Source of the DNA: Dehalococcoidia bacterium
GTDB lineage: Bacteria; Chloroflexota; Dehalococcoidia; Plut-88900
Direction of reading: 5' to 3'
Assembly (NCBI GenBank): GCA_965249275.1
Contig: CBDFLQ010000006.1
Span: 544,001-608,000 of the forward strand
DNA length: 64,000 nucleotides
Below the pieces are notes generated by a model. That model did not search any database. It was not told the DNA's origin and saw nothing but the letters and a program-made list of their open reading frames with translations. Numbering within the stretch: position 1 is the stretch's first letter; the number at the start of each line of letters is the position of its first letter. Below are positions 63,177-64,000 of this stretch, piece after piece. The translations under genes and the position numbers were made by a program.

Positions 63177-64000
63177 CTAATCCGGCCTAAGCACGTTTAT
63201 CGGATTCCCATTCAGATAAGCCCGAATCGTGTCTGCAGCAATGTTGGACATGTTGATTATGGCGGCAGGGGTGTCGTAGGCGATGTGGGGCGTGATGACG
63301 ACGTTGTCGAAGTGGCGAAGGGGTTCGTCGGTGGCAGGTTCTTCGGCGTAGACGTCGGTGGCAAAACCGGCCAGCCTCCCCGACTCCAATGCCTTTATCA
63401 CGGCGTCCTGCCGCACCACCTGGCCCCGAGACACGTTGACCAGGTAGGCCCCATCCTTCATCAACCCAAGCTCCCGCTCGCCGATGATTCCCATAGTGTC
63501 GTCGTTGAGCACCGGCGCGAGCTGGATATAATCTGACCGAGACATTAGCTCATCCAGGCCGACGAACTCGACGTTGTGGGCCTTGGCCCGCTCTTCCGAA
63601 GGATTCCTGGTAGTGCAAATTATATTCATCCCCAGCCCGTTCCCGATTGCTGCCAGCTCCGACCCCAGCCCCCCGAGTCCCAGGATGCCCATGGTCGCCC
63701 CCCGGATGGGGGTACCGCCGAACCGCTCCCACTTGCTCTCCCGCATCGACTTGTCGGCTTTGACCACCTGCCGTGCGAGGGCCAGCATCAGCGCAATCCC
63801 GTGCTCTGCGACGGCCTCATCACCATAGTGAGGTGTGTTGCACAGGGTGATCCCCTTGCTCCAGGCGTACTTCATGTCGATCTGGGTCTGCGGCCCGATG
63901 CCGAGGTAGCAGATCATCTTGAGGTCGGGCATGGCGTCGAGCATTTCGTGGGTGAGGTTGATCCAGCTCCAGACTATGGCCTCGGCGCCCTGGCAGCGCT
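63177..64000 (-). CDS. D-isomer 2-hydroxyacid dehydrogenase, 5'-truncated by window edge
   Basis: AVAEH, GLGGLG, NVSRG, DVY.EEP, TPHIA. Confidence 0.93.
   Translation of the reverse strand, partial: RCQGAEAIVWSWINLTHEMLDAMPDLKMICYLGIGPQTQIDMKYAWSKGITLCNTPHYGDEAVAEHGIALMLALARQVVKADKSMRESKWERFGGTPIRGATMGILGLGGLGSELAAIGNGLGMNIICTTRNPSEERAKAHNVEFVGLDELMSRSDYIQLAPVLNDDTMGIIGERELGLMKDGAYLVNVSRGQVVRQDAVIKALESGRLAGFATDVYAEEPATDEPLRHFDNVVITPHIAYDTPAAIINMSNIAADTIRAYLNGNPINVLRPD

Overview
GC-rich bacterial chromosome segment. The gene set points by inference to Chloroflexota/Dehalococcoidia, probably SAR202-like: four CaiB/BaiF CoA-transferases, an F420 PPOX enzyme, a mycothiol-type MDMPI protein, short IF2 and no rimP. 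Core content: thrS, rsmI, sthA, nusA-ylxR-infB-rbfA-truB, a patA-pimA-pgsA-like lipid cluster, prfB with its programmed frameshift, nfi, infC-rpmI-rplT, rex, a full F1Fo atp operon, an EF-G paralogue, etfBA and 7 tRNAs. Four accessory features stand out. (1) An 8.3-kb element (about 16212-24524) with ~32-bp terminal inverted repeats and a flanking direct repeat. It has a central IS1182/IS5-like transposase and carries a Kiwa-like anti-phage pair, an HhH DNA glycosylase, a zincin lipoprotein and small ORFs. (2) Three divergent copies of a DUF5678-like + retropepsin-like aspartyl protease gene pair, arranged like toxin-antitoxin modules. (3) A solitary HEPN-motif gene inserted with a replaced 3' end of a methyltransferase gene. 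(4) A candidate switch-like structured leader RNA at about 8.7-8.9 kb. All family assignments come from visual motif recognition; no searches were run.
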